A stretch of DNA of 62,986 bases, filler included, from Chiloscyllium plagiosum (GCF_004010195.1; 5 parts of one record of this genome joined end to end with filler, not necessarily neighbours in it), one strand, 5' to 3'. Shown: positions 1 through 13,126, numbered from the whole stretch's first letter. The notes: generated by a model from the letters alone, not told the origin. Translations and numbers: made by a program.

Positions 1-157
1 TGTCTCAGTGGGGGAGGGTCTCAGTGTCTCCGTGGGGAAGGGGCACTGTGCCTCAGTGGGGAGGGGCACAGTGTATCAGTGGGGGCGGGGAGGGGCACTG
101 TGTCTCAGTGGGGGAGGGGTACTGTGTCTCAGTGGGGGAGGGGCACTGTGTCTCAGG
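1..157. repeat. About 24-bp G-rich minisatellite
   Basis: Unit tgtgtctcagtgggggaggggcac, about 6 imperfect copies. Confidence 0.85.
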
Positions 158-494
158 GGTTAGCCCCGCTGCCTCACTGCGCCAGGAACCCAGGTTTGAT
201 TCCAGTGAAGTAGCTCAGTGTGTTCAGGGATGTGCAGGCTCGGTGGGTTAACCCGGGGAAATGCAGGGTTACAGGGATGGGAGGGGTCTTTGTGGGATGC
301 TGTATGGAGGGTCAGTGTACACCTGATGGGCCAAATGGCCTAGTTTCACATTGTAGGGATTCTGTGTGTTTGGGACAGTTTCCTGGAATAATCTGTTATG
401 GATCTAACCAGGGATCAACCTATTTTAGATCCAGTCTTGTGTCATGAGGCAGGTTTATTAAATTTACACCAGAGTTAAGATCCCCAAGTAAACA

Positions 495-2640
495 GTGCTC
501 AGTTTGAGGGGGAGAAACTTGGGATGGAAACAGCTGTGCTGAAATTAAATAAGAATCATTGTGGTAGGATGAAGGCTGGGCTGGCTGGAGTGGACTGGGA
601 GGAGTTTAACCACAGATAATTGAGGAATAATGGCAGATGGTTTCAAAATTAGATCATGACTCAGAACAAAGATATATCCTAGTGAGGAACAGGATTGTTG
701 AAAGGGGATAGTCAACCACGGTTCACCAGGGAGGCTAAGGATAGCATCAAGTTGGTAGAAAATGCATACAGTGTGGCAAAAGTTTCATTGAAGTCATGGG
801 ACTGGAAAAGGTTTAAAAACCAACAACGGATGACCAAACAATTATCAAGAGGGAGAAGATAAACTCTGAAGGTAAACTTGAGATGCACAGTAACAGCTTT
901 ATTTAAATAAAAAGGGAGAGAGCAGCCAAAGTGAACATAAGCCTTTTCCAAAACGAGACTGTGGAGATAATGATGAGGAAACCAGGAAATGGCAGAGAAG
1001 GTGAATAAATACTTTACATCAGTCTGCACTGCAGAAGACATTAACTACATTCACAAACTGCTAAATAAGCAAGGGGCAAAGAGAGGAGAGAAAATAAATA
1101 CAATAACTATCATGATTGATGAAGTAACCATGGAGACGGTGGATGTATTGGTAATAATCTTCCACAATTCCTTAGGTTCTGGAGAGCCCCAGAGTATTGG
1201 AAACCTGCCCGGTGTAACACCTACAGTTACAATGAGAAGGAGACCAAAAGAAAACACAGAGAACTACAGGCTGGTTAGTATAACATCTGTCATTGGGAAA
1301 ATGTTAGAATCTATCATAAAGTATGTCATAGCATTCAGAAACACGTAGAAATACATAATGTGATCAAGCAGGGTCAGTGTGATTTCATGAAGTGGACATC
1401 ATGACTGAGAGAACATAGAACATGGAACAATCAAGTGTAGAACAGGCCATTCGGCCCTCGATGTTGTGCCGACCTGTGAATTAATCTATGCCCATCCCCC
1501 TCCACTATCCCACCACCATCCATTTTAAATTTTACTCGAATCCTTTGAGGAGGTAACAAGCAGGATACAGAAAGAGGAAGCAGTGGATGTAATAGATTTG
1601 GATTTTCAGAAGGTGGTTGATAAGGCACCATATGTAAGACCATTTAATAAGAGCCATGTTTGAGGTTAATTAGCATAAATAATTAACTAACAAATAGAAG
1701 TTAGAAGGATGGGATAGGGGGCCATTTTCAGGATGGCAACTTGTAATGACTGAGGTGCCACAGGGGTCAGTGCCGGGGCCACAGTTATTTACAATATATT
1801 AATGACTTGGATGAGGAATCTCTGAGTTTGTGGATGACACACAAACAGGTGGGAGGGTAAGGGGTGAGGATGACACACAGAGCCTGCAGAGGGATACAGA
1901 CAGGGCGAAAGGAGTCGACAAAATGTTGGTTAGTGGAATATCATGTGGGAGAGCGTGAGGTCATGCACTTTGACAGGAAGAATAGAGGAGCTGAATATGA
2001 TTTAAAAGCTTGCAGATAGCTATGGAACAGAGGGATTTGGGAATCTTTTTCCTTAAAACTCAAAAAGCTAGCATCTGAGTTCAGTGAGTAAAATGGAATA
2101 TAAAGGGAATGTTGGTCATCATTTCAAAGGAGATGGAGTGTAAAAGTTGGGAGGTTTTGGGAAAGCTCTACAAGGCATTAGTTAGACCACAGCTGGAATA
2201 CTGTAAATAGTTTTGGTCCCTTTATTGAAGGGTAGATGTACTAGCCTGAGAGAGAGACCAGAGAATGTTCACTTGGCTGATGCCAGGTATAGAGGGTCTG
2301 ATTTATGAGGAGAGGGTGAGTAGATTGCTCCTGTACATGTTGGTGTTTAAAAGAATGAGAGATGACATGAATTAAACATCAAATTTCTTAGGGAGTCTGA
2401 CAGAGTGAATGCAGAAAGGTTGTGTTTCTCTTGTGGGAGAGACTGAGGCCTAGGGCCAAAGTCCCAGAATAAGAGGACACATATTTAACATAGAGATGAG
2501 GAGGGACTCCCTCTCTCATATAGCAGTGAGTCTGTGGAATTCTTTATCACAGAGGGCTGTCAGGGCTAGGTCATTCAGTCTATTCGAGACTGAGAGAGAC
2601 AGATTTAATCAGGAAGGGAATCAAAGATTATGGGGAAAAT
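495..2640 (+). mobile_element. Decayed CR1-type LINE (ORF2 and 3' region)
   Basis: Frameshifted ORF2 fragments (AEKVNKYFTSV, ENYRLVSITSVIGKMLESIIK, and gtgccacaggggtcagtg encoding VPQGSV). Confidence 0.8.
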
Positions 2641-3725
2641 GTGGTCATTAGCTGGAACCTGTGTTGTACAAATGTTATTTGCCACATATCAGCACAAACC
2701 CACATTCTGTCCAGGTCTTGCCGAATATGGAACACTGTCAGAGACTACCTCTTTTTATTTGAACTTTGGACTGAAAACGGGGATAGCGGACACCTCTTAA
2801 AAACGGAGAAAGTGAAAAGAACTTGCAGCTTTTGAAAAAGAACAAGTGAAGCTTAACTGATTCTGATGGGACAACAGATTGATTGTGGTTGTTGGAGGTC
2901 AGGCATCTCAGCTCCAGGACATCTCTACAGGAGTCCCTCAGGGTAGTGTCCTGGGCCCAACCATCTTCAGCTGCTTCATCAATGACCTTCCCTCCATCCT
3001 AAGGTCAGGAGTGGGGATGTTCACTAATTAATACATAATGTTCAGCACCATTCACAACTCCTCAGATACTGAGGTAGTCCATGTTGTCACGACTGACAGA
3101 TACAGTGCTCTGGAAATCAAACCTCTGTATTCCCAGAGTCTTTAATGAAACAACCAAAAATCTCAACTTGTCTCTGACAGACTGTTACTGAGGAGAAAAG
3201 CAAACTACTGTATAACAGGCACTTTCATTAACCATAACAAATAAATATTTATTGTAAAACTGTTAACTATAACAACAACAGTAAAAATTAGGATTTGTAA
3301 TGTATGAAACTAAAACAGAACCCCATTTAAACCTCATGCAGATGCACATTCGCACACACAAAGAAAATAAAATACAAAACACAAATGTGAGGTGAGGAGA
3401 AAATATTGGTCAGAGGAATAGAGTTCAAAACAACAAACACTAGAGATGAGAACAGGCCAGGTAGCAATCATGGACAGACAGCAAGCTAATGTTTTGAGTC
3501 AAACTGTTATCTTACTCTCTCCCCGTGTATGCTGCCTGACTTACTGTGATCTCCAACACTCGTCGTTTTCAGTACAGATTCCAGCCTCTGCAGTAACTTG
3601 TACAGATGTAGAGTTCAGTGTCACCAGTCCAAATCACAAATCCAGCTGGGTTTGTTTCTTAACCTGGAATTGTTTGATGCTGTGTTATACGCTCAGCAAT
3701 GATCAGTCTGTAATTCATTGGTTAG

Positions 3726-3938
3726 GGATCAGTGGTGCTGGAAGAGCACAGCAATTCAGGCAGCATCCGAGGACAGGCAAAATCGACGTTTCGGGCAAAA
3801 GCCCTTCATCAGGATGAAGGGCTTTTGCCCGAAACGTTGATTTTGCCTGTCCTCGGATGCTGCCTGAATTGCTGTGCTCTTCCAGCACCACTGATCCAGA
3901 ATCTGGTTTCCAGCATCTGCAGTCATTGTTTTTACCTC
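3726..3938. mobile_element. Short fold-back PLE-derived element with hammerhead core
   Basis: Near-perfect inverted repeat centred at about 3812. TSD attcattggttag (3713-3725 and 3939-3951). Minus strand carries CTGATGAAGGGCTTTTGCCCGAAACGTC. Confidence 0.75.
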
Positions 3939-4256
3939 ATTCATTGGTTAGACCAAGCCTTTCTTGTTGCTTTCGGATTTTAGAATCATTTCTACCGGCA
4001 TCTCTGAAGGTAGCTCTTCTGTTCTGTCAGCAGAAAATTAGAGACAGCAACTCGACAGGGAAGGGGGAGCAGAGACACACACACACAGACGGAGATTGAT
4101 GGAGCCAATTTCTTTCGACCTCCCTGTTTCTGCTTGTTTCACAGCCCTCACAGAGTCTGTGTTAAACTGCAGCCTGACCAATCACAGGGTTTTTACTACA
4201 CCGACTCAATCTTCCCAAACGGATGGAATCTCTCCAGCATCTGCATCATGTGGACA

Positions 4257-4716
4257 TAGAACATAGAACATAGAACATAGAACATAGAAGAATACAGCGC
4301 AGTACAGGCCCTTCGGCCCTCGATGTTGCGCCGATCCAAGCCCACCTAACCTATACTAACCCACTATCCTCCATATGCCTATCCAATGCCCGCTTAAATA
4401 CCCACAAAGAGGGAGAGTCCACCACTGCTACTGGCAGGGCATTCCATGAACTCACGACTCGCTGAGTAAAGAACCTACCCCTAACATCTGTCCTATACCT
4501 ACCCCCCCTTAATTTAAAGCTATGCCCCCTTGTAATAGCTGACTCCATACGTGGAAAATGATTCTCACTGTCGACCCTATCTAAACCCCTAATCATCTTG
4601 TACACCTCTATCAAGTCACCCCTAAACCTTCTTTTCTCCAATGAAAACAACCCCAAGTGCCTCAGCCTTTCCTCATACGATCTTTCTACCATACCAGGCA
4701 ACATCCTGGTAAACCA
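4257..4716 (-). mobile_element. Young CR1 LINE 3' end with (TTCTATG)n tail
   Basis: ORF YEERLRHLGLFSLEKRRFRGDLIEVYKMIRG...TRGHSFKL. 7-mer tandem tail at 4257-4289. Confidence 0.9.
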
Positions 4717-6616
4717 CGGTGAGAAAGTTAGAAAAATTAGGCGAGATGTCTAGTCAGGGCTTTCTTGATGACAAGAGGGAAAAGTCCCAATTCCTAACGC
4801 ACAGCAAGACCAGATATTCTCCAGCGAGTGGTGAGAGATCTACTTGCATGGATTATTGCTCGCTATCGCCCTCATTATTACCTCAACTCTCCTCATCAAT
4901 GTGTAGGTTCCCATTCTCCCATCCACTGGATAGAAATGAGACATTGAGAATTCCCAACAGGAAAGGCACAGTGGCCACCTGGCAAAACCAGCTCACCTCT
5001 CGCTCCTCTGCACCTCCATCTTGGTCACACTGTGCCAATGTCTCAGGATACTGAGTCAGCAACTGGCTGCACCACACATCCATAGACATTGGCATCAGAC
5101 ATGTACCAGTCTCATTACATCATCATGGCATGTCTCCAATTAACTTACAATAAGCTGCTACCCTTCAGCAGCCAACGCTGCCGCGAGATACTTTGTGTAT
5201 GGGCCAGGCACCCAGCTCATGGATTAGACCAGGCTGTGTCTCAGAGCTCCTCGTTTACTCTCTTAGAGCTGACTCCCTTCCTGTCTGCTGCCATGCTCTC
5301 AGCACCTTAGATTCAGAAGTAGTTTTCTGATCAGGAAAAGGATCATCTCAGCAAAGTCACCATTGACCTGCCTGCCCAGTCTCTCCCTATGCCTATAACA
5401 GACATGTTTTAGAGTCTGACTGTATCAGTGTGTACAGGGGGAGACTGTATCNNNNNNNNNNNNNNNNNNNNNNNNNNNNNNNNNNNNNNNNNNNNNNNNN
5501 NNNNNNNNNNNNNNNNNNNNNNNNNNNNNNNNNNNNNNNNNNNNNNNNNNNNNNNNNNNNNNNNNNNNNNNNNNNNNNNNNNNNNNNNNNNNNNNNNNNN
5601 NNNNNNNNNNNNNNNNNNNNNNNNNNNNNNNNNNNNNNNNNNNNNNNNNNNNNNNNNNNNNNNNNNNNNNNNNNNNNNNNNNNNNNNNNNNNNNNNNNNN
5701 NNNNNNNNNNNNNNNNNNNNNNNNNNNNNNNNNNNNNNNNNNNNNNNNNNNNNNNNNNNNNNNNNNNNNNNNNNNNNNNNNNNNNNNNNNNNNNNNNNNN
5801 NNNNNNNNNNNNNNNNNNNNNNNNNNNNNNNNNNNNNNNNNNNNNNNNNNNNNNNNNNNNNNNNNNNNNNNNNNNNNNNNNNNNNNNNNNNNNNNNNNNN
5901 NNNNNNNNNNNNNNNNNNNNNNNNNNNNNNNNNNNNNNNNNNNNNNNNNNNATCAAGAGGGGAGAGTTTCATCCCGTCTCCCCTTTTTATGTCCCTCATT
6001 ATTTTATCTGAGTCATGCCCTGTCTCAGTTCCCTCTGCTCCAAGGAGGACAATCCCAGTCGGTCCACTCTCTCCGGCCCAGGCAACATCATAGTGAAGGA
6101 AGTTCCTCTTCCCACCCCACCCAATCAGATGCTTCCTACAGTGTGGTGACCAGACGTACACACAGTGCTTCAGCTGTGACCCAACTTAGACAGCTCCACT
6201 GTAGCCTCCATGCTCTTGTGTTCAATGCCTTTGACTATCCCACATGTCTTCTTTATCACCGTATCTCCCTGACCTACTGCCTTCAAAAGATCCGTAGATA
6301 TGCAACTCACTCCCCAGTGGTTTGTGAGGCTGGTACCTGGGCTGTGACATGACTGCGCTTCGGACTGTGGGGGTCACGCAGAGGGCTGGGGAGAACCAGG
6401 TTGGTTCCCCACACATTGCCGGGTTGTCACAGCAGATGTGCTTGAGAGAGGGGCTGGTCAGGTTTGCAGACTGTGAACAGTTAATCCCTGAAGCTGGAGA
6501 CCAGGGTCTGGTACAGTTAGAACTGCACATCATCAAGGTTTTTAGGAACGGAGGTGTCCAAGACGGGGAGAAAGGGAATGATTCATTTGAACAAGCGAAT
6601 GGATTTGCAGACTTAC

Positions 6617-6735
6617 CAGGAGTAGCAGGGGTGTAAAGAGGGCCCAACAGGCCTTGAAATAGAGTAACAGTTTGCTGCACCAGGGTGGACAAAGACGGAT
6701 CATGTCAATTATGTCATTACAAAACTGGTTAACAC
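6617..6735 (-). CDS. SLC6A7-like: SLC6A7-like exon, IL5 and TM11
   Basis: Hand translation GVNQFCNDIIDMIRLCPPWCSKLLLYFKACWALFTPLLLL. Acceptor ctcccccacAG, donor GTaagt, 119 bp, phase 1 to 0. Confidence 0.92.
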
Positions 6736-7972
6736 CTGTGGGGGAGAGATAGCACGGTCAGGAAAGAGATAACCAGATATTTCTGTCACATTTCTCATCA
6801 GTTCAGTATTTCCCAAAGGGGTAAAGTCCTTCCTCAGTCTGGTTACATAGTGAACATGACAGCCAAGTCCCAAACAGTGCAGTGGTGATAAAAGGCTGGA
6901 TAAATGACTGGTTTTCATTTGAGGGTTAATATTGGGCCCACCGTGATATTATATCCCCCACCTGAGGGGGAACCAGGGCCTCAATCTCACACACCTTCCC
7001 GGTCCCCTCAGTGTGACACTCCATCAAACGGGCACTCAGAGTGCTGGCACATAACTGGAGGGGAACTGACCCCACAGCCTTCTGCCTCAGTGGTGTGTGT
7101 GTGTGTGTCTGTGTCTGTGCCAAGGACTGCCCCTCAACAGTCAGGGCCAGACACTGTACACTCCACTCTGACTGGTATCCTCCAGCCTCTGTACATGATG
7201 TCAGCATAAACACCGTTACCTCACTGTCTAAATACACCTGAGTTTCACCAGCAGCCACATTCTGTTCACTGACCCACGCAGGGTCTCTGTCCAGCAATGT
7301 CTCAAATTCCCATCCTCATACTCAGCTCTCTTGGTCCTCCCAGTGCCTCACCTTCTCCCACGTCCCCCAGATCCTCTTCAGCACTGGATTTTAATCCCTC
7401 CACCCTCGATGGCCATGTCTTCTGTGACTGGGGCCCACCCCAACATCTCTCTGACATTCCCCCACAACTCCCTCTTTAAGACACTCTTTATAATGTGCCT
7501 CTCTGTCTAAATCCCCGACCTAGTATTCCCTCATGTGTTCAGCATTTCGTTTGAGTGCTCCTGGAGTGTTCCTGTTCTGAAGATTCTGAATAAATGCAAT
7601 TTTCTTCCTGCAGAGCTGGGACTCCATAAGGAATTATACAACACAGAAGATGGTCACTCTGCCCATCACTCCCATCCTTGCTCTTTGGTTGATCTTTTAA
7701 TCTCACTCCCTTGTACTTCCCTGAAAATATTCCTCTTCCAGAGATTTCTGCTGTATTTCACCAATCCAAAGATTCCCATTTCTCCACAAGCAGTCCACCA
7801 CAAATCACGACAAGTTTCTTTGTTCCTTCCTCTCCTTCAACTCATGGCTACACTGAATTGTGAACAAGTATGATTGGTTTAAAGAGCTGATTTGGTGCGC
7901 AGTGTTCCCCGAACCTCTGCAGTCGTGCTGGTGAGGATTGGATGCCCTGCAGGACTCTGAGGGAGGATTTAC

Positions 7973-8072
7973 CGTAGAAGAATGCGATCCCCAGGCACAT
8001 GAAGAGAGTGATGATGATGAGCCCGAAACTGGTGCTGAAAGCATCGATGAGAGTGAACCAATAGATGCCGCC
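7973..8072 (-). CDS. SLC6A7-like: SLC6A7-like exon, TM10
   Basis: GGIYWFTLIDAFSTSFGLIIITLFMCLGIAFFY. Acceptor cccatacAG, donor GTaaat, 100 bp, phase 0 to 1. Confidence 0.93.
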
Positions 8073-8558
8073 CTGTATGGGAACAGCAATGGTTACAGCT
8101 GATTGACCGGGTGTGGACAAATACAGAATTGTTACCGCAGAAGGAGGCTATTCGGCCCATTGTAATTGCACCCGCCCTTCGAACATCAGTACCTCGTGCC
8201 AATTCAGTGTTTCACCTCCATTTAATTACACACTATTTCTGTTCAAATAATTATCCAGTGTCCCTCACAAATGCCTCACTATACCCTCCACGCAATACAC
8301 TGGTATCTGAATGGGATGTGGCTTTTATTAGGTTGTTGTTGGGACTGACCATTTTTTATCCAAAGGCAGTTTGTTGAGTATAAACCGTATTTTCCTGCTG
8401 CTGTTTAATGGTGACTCCGCCGGACCTGAAGGGTTATGCTTATTTCCAGACTGACTGCTGTCCATGTTCTGAATGATCACGAGGTAGTGTTTAACCCTGT
8501 ATTCCTAATCATCCAATCGCTCCAACCCAGATGGTGAAGTACAGAACACAACACAATT

Positions 8559-8970
8559 TTGGGGCTGGTTTCCCTGGAGCGTCGGAGGCTGAGGGGTGAC
8601 CTTATAGAGGTTTATAAAATAATGAGGGGTATGGATAGGGTAAATAGACAAAGTCTTTTCCCTGGGGTTGGGGAGTCCAGAACTAGAGGGCATAGGTTTA
8701 GGGTGAGAGGGGAACGATATAAAAGGGACCTAAGGGGCAACTTTTTCACGCAGAGTGTAGTACATGTATGGAATGAGCTGCCAGAGGAAGTGATGGAGGC
8801 TGGTACAATTGCAACATTTAAGAGGCATCTGAATGGGTATATGAATAGGAAGGGTTTGGAGGGATATGGGCTGGGTGCTGGCAGGTGGGACTAGATTGGG
8901 TTGCGATATCTGGTCGGCATGGAGGGGTTGGACCGAAGGGTCTGTTTCCATGCTGTACATCTCTATGACT
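8559..8970 (+). mobile_element. CR1 LINE 3' end
   Basis: SLERRRLRGDLIEVYKIMRG...TRGHRFRV. Same family as 18005-18277, 44648-44940 and 45110-45432. Confidence 0.9.
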
Positions 8971-9721
8971 AATTCTTTTCTTTGTTGCCAGGAGACAGCC
9001 CCCCTCCCCCCAAACTATTCTCCTGCTGCCCCAGGTGACAATCTTCTGAAATAATTCCTCAACCAATCTGTTCAGATATGTTAGGATGCATCTCTGGGGC
9101 TGGTGGGATTTGAATGTTCTGGGCCAGAGGCAGAAACAGTACCACTGCACAGCTAGACCCTCCAGTCAGGAATGAGCAGAAATATAATCCTCAGGATTCA
9201 GTACTAGGAAAGCTCACTAGATTTCCAACCCATGGCTTTAACCATTTGGCCCTGACGGCAGATCTCGGAGGTTGACTGATTAAAACAATGACTTAGCCCA
9301 AACGATGAGTCGGGATATGTGATGCTCTTTATAAATAGTTTCTAATCACCAGGTCACGTAAGTTATCACACAGCCCTGGAGCAGGTGGGGCTAAAACCTG
9401 GGCCTCCTGTCTCAAAGATAGGGACACTACCGCTTCACCAAAAGAGCCCTGTAAAATGCACCATAGTCCCAGAGGATTATAGGTCACCAGAGGGTGTCCA
9501 ACCTGAGGGTCACCACGTCTCAGGTGAAGGTTGAAAAGATGGCCCACTCATGGCCCACTCATGGCCCACTCATGGCCCACTCATGATGCCCTCAGCTGGT
9601 TCCAGCAGGTACTGACCCATGCTTTTGGTGTCACTCTGCATTACAAACCAGCCATCCAGCTAATTGAGCTAACTGACCATTCCCATGGTCTTAATATGAT
9701 TCCAGTCCTTAAATACATAAT

Positions 9722-10011
9722 CTGAAAAATGTGTTGCTGGAAAAGCGCAGCAGGTCAGGCAGCATCCAAGGAGCAGGAGAATCGACGTTTCGGGCATAAG
9801 CCCTTCTTCGGGAATGAGGAAGGTGTGCCAAGCAAGTCCCTCCTCCCTACCTTTTATCTTAGCCTATTTGGCACACCTTTCTCATTCCTGAAGAAGGGCT
9901 CATGCCCGAAACATCGACTCTCCTGCTCCTTGGATGCTGCCTGACCTGCTGCGCTTTTCCAGCAACACATTTTCAGCTCTGATCTCCAGCATCTGCAGAC
10001 CTCACTTTCTC
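9722..10011. mobile_element. Short fold-back PLE-derived element
   Basis: Inverted arms. TSD ccttaaatacataat (9707-9721 and 10012-10026). Contains CTGAAGAAGGGCTCATGCCCGAAAC. Confidence 0.75.
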
Positions 10012-10029
10012 CCTTAAATACATAATAGT

Positions 10030-10475
10030 TTTGTGGGGGGGAGATCGTGCTTTATCAACTTAATAGAGTTCTTTGAGGAAGTGACCAAGTTGATGGATGA
10101 AGGAAGAGCTGTAGATGTCATACACATGGACTTTAGTAAGGCATTTGATAAGGTTCCCCATGGTAGACTAATGGAGAAAGTGAAGTCACATGGTGTGCAG
10201 GGTGTTCTAGCGAGGTGGATAAAGAACTGGTTGAGCAACAGGAGACAGAGTAGTAGTTGAAGGGAGTTTCTCGAAATGGAGAAAGGTGACCAGTGGTGTT
10301 CCACAGGGGTCAGTGCTGGGGCCACTGTTGTTTGTTATATACATAAATAATCTGGAAGAGGGCACTGTTGGTCTGATCAGTAAGTTTGCAGATGACACGA
10401 AGATTGGTGGAGTAGCAGAAAGCATAAGGGACTGTCAGAGAATACAGGAGGATATAGATAGACTGGAGAGTTGGG
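10030..10475 (+). mobile_element. CR1 LINE reverse transcriptase fragment
   Basis: [25 protein letters not shown] and FADDTK motifs. Confidence 0.9.
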
Positions 10476-10575
10476 NNNNNNNNNNNNNNNNNNNNNNNNN
10501 NNNNNNNNNNNNNNNNNNNTTAATTAATTAANNNNNNNNNNNNNNNNNNNNNNNNNNNNNNNNNNNNNNNNNNNN
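10476..10575. other. 100-bp scaffold join (44 N, TTAATTAATTAA, 44 N)
   Basis: The same structure occurs at 36549-36648, 51210-51309 and 58163-58262. Plain N gaps occur at 5452-5951, 19270-19555, 25496-25540, 49398-49897 and 55844-56360. Confidence 0.95.
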
Positions 10576-11326
10576 TTTGTGCAAGTTATTGGCCCAGGAC
10601 TATCTCACTTTGAATGAAATGGTTGGTTTGCCTCCATTCCATAAATTAAAACTCCTGACATTCACCTGATGAAGGAGCCCTTATTTAAACTTAACTCATT
10701 TTTGTGCAAGTTATTGGCCCAGGACTATCTCACTTTGAATGAAATGGTTGGTTTGCCTCCATTCTATAAATTAAAACTCCTGACATTCACCTGATGAAGG
10801 AGCGTCGCTCCGAAAGCTGGTACTTCCAAGTAAACCTGTTGGACTATAACCTGGTGATGTGTGAGATTTTTAATTTAATAAATTGAAACCATCTTCTTGT
10901 CTTAATTGTGAAAACCACAATTGACTCAGTTCCAGATTGAATGTGGAGTGCTGCCGCCACCTGATGGCCAAGGCCAGTATTACAGCACCCTCCTCACTCA
11001 CCAGGATTAAAAAACTTACTGTGGATTCTGGAAATCTTAAATAAAACTGGGAATGGTCAAGAAACTCCACGGCTCTGGCAGCATTTGTGAAGAGAGAAAC
11101 TGAGTTAATATTTCAAGTCCTCTCATTAGACTTCAGATGTTAACTCTGTTTTCTCTCTGCAGATCCTGCTACACCTGCTGAGTTTCTCCAGCAATTATTG
11201 TTTTTATGAAGTGAGTAATTTCAAAATTACAGAAAATGTAAACTTCAACCTCCAATTAGATACTTTCATTTTGAATCAGACCTGCAACATCAGCTGAACT
11301 CCTGAGAAACACATTTATAATAAACC

Positions 11327-11655
11327 ATAGAATCCTCACAGTGTAGAAACAGGCCATTCAGCCCATTAAGTCAACACTGACCCTCTGAAGAGCATCCCAT
11401 CTAGATCCACCCTCCTACCCTATTACCTTGCACTTCCTGTGGGTAACCCACCTAGCCTGCACACTACGGGCAATTTCCCATGGGCAACTCACCCTGACCT
11501 GCACATCTTTGGACTGTGGGAGGAAACCGGAGCACCCGGAGGAAACCCACGCAGACACGGGAGAACGTGCAAACTCCACATAGTCGACCGAGGCTGGAAC
11601 CGAACCGGGTCCCTGGTGTGTGAGGCAGCAGTGCTAACCACTGTGCCTCCATGCC
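11327..11655 (-). mobile_element. tRNA-derived SINE (HE1-like, elasmobranch)
   Basis: Minus strand has A-box-like ggcacagtggttagc, B-box-like ggttcggttcc, conserved core gtgggtttcctccgggtgctccggtttcctcccacagtccaaag and a LINE-like tail. Confidence 0.8.
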
Positions 11656-11879
11656 ACTCCGTAGTTGCTGTGAAGTTGATGACTAATTGAAATTATACTA
11701 TAACAGTGTGACATATTTATCACATTGGGTGCACAGGTTGGACTGGCATTTATTTGAATTTAGGAAGATGAAGGGGTGATCTCTTTGAGAGGTTTAAGAA
11801 TGATTAAAGGGTTTTATAGGGTTGTTCGACAGAAAACATTTTCTCCGGATGGTGGGGGTGGGGGAGGGGTTGCCAAGGT

Positions 11880-12190
11880 TCTTAGATTCCCTACAGTCTG
11901 GAAACAGGCCCTTCAGCCCAACAAGTCCACACCGACCCTCCGAAGAGTAACCCACCCAGACCCATTCCCCTACATTTACCCCTTCACCCAACACTACAGG
12001 CAGTTTCCCATGGCTTGTTCACCTGACCTGCACATTTTTGGACTGTGGGAGGAGACCGGAGCACCCGGAGGAAACCCACGCAGACACGGGGAGAATGTGC
12101 AAACTCCACACAGTCAGTCGCCTGAGGCGGGAATTGAACCCGGGTCTCTGGCGCTGTGAGGCAGCAGTGCTAACCACTGAGCCACCATGC
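11880..12190 (-). mobile_element. tRNA-derived SINE (HE1-like)
   Basis: ggtggctcagtggttagcactgctgcctcacagcgccagagacccgggttcaattcc head plus core and tail. Confidence 0.85.
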
Positions 12191-12916
12191 GTTCTGAATC
12201 TTCAAATCCAACCAGGCTGTTCAGGGTAACGTCAGGAAGCAATTCCTCATTCACAGTGGGAGTGCCAATGGTCAGACCACTTTTGGCATATTGCACGTAG
12301 TTTTGGGCCCCATATCTCAGGAAGGATGTACTGGCCCTGGAGCGTGTTCAGAGGAAGTTCACAAGAATAGTCCCAGGAATGAAAAGCTTAACACATGAGG
12401 AACGTTTGAGGACTCTGGGTGTATACTCGATGGAGTTTAGAAGGATGGGTGGTGGGATGTAATTGAAACTGAACGGCCTGGACAGAGTGAATGTTGGGAA
12501 GGTGTTTCCATCGGTAGGAGAGACTAGGACCCGAGGGCACAGCCTTAGAGTAAAGGGAAGACCTTTTAGAACAGAGATGAGGAGAAACTTCTTCAGCCAG
12601 AGAGTGGTGAACCTGTGGAACTCATTGCCACAGAAGGCTGCGGAGGCAGGTCATTGAGTGTATTTAAGACTCAGATAGATAGGTTCTTGGGTATCAAAGG
12701 GATCAAGGGGATATGGGGAGAAAGCAGAAGAATGGAGTTGAGAAGCTTATCAGCTATGATTGAATGGCAGAGCGACTTGATGGGCTGAATGGCCTAATTT
12801 CTGCTCCTATGTCTGATCTCTTAATCTTGGGCTGCTCTGGAGTAGTTGTTGGCACGGTCATAGAGTTAGACAGACCGGAAACAGACCCTTCGGCCCAACC
12901 AGTCCATGCTGACCAT

Positions 12917-13126
12917 GTTTGAGAGAAAGTGAGGGCTGCAGATGCTGGAGATCAGAGCTGAAAATGTGTTGCTGGAAAAGCGCAGCAGGTCAGGCAGCAT
13001 CCAAGGAGCAGGAGAATCGACGTTTTGGGCATAAGCCCTTCTTCAGGAGGGCTTATGCCCGAAACGTCGATTCTCCTGTTCCTTGGATGCTGCCTGACCT
13101 GCTGCGCTTTTCCAGCAACACATTTT
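12917..13126. mobile_element. Short fold-back PLE-derived element inserted in a CR1 3' end
   Basis: Inverted arms. TSD catgctgaccat (12905-12916 and 13127-13138). Confidence 0.75.

Noticed and set aside
4883..5310. Possible TM12 or terminal exons of the SLC6 gene
   Set aside because: No SLC6 TM12-like motif (YPxW...G) in any frame; the missing exons are probably in the 5452-5951 gap or left of the window.
5393..6161. Long ORFs crossing N runs (also at about 19055-19806, 49150-50177 and 55478-56499)
   Set aside because: Length comes from untranslatable Ns and dinucleotide repeats.
10520..10531. TTAATTAATTAA recurring four times (10520, 36593, 51254, 58207)
   Set aside because: Always centred in exactly 44+44 Ns and supplies stops in all frames; an artificial scaffolding linker, not biology.
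12130..12190. tRNA-like sequence
   Set aside because: SINE head with A and B boxes fused to the HE1-like core; no complete cloverleaf.
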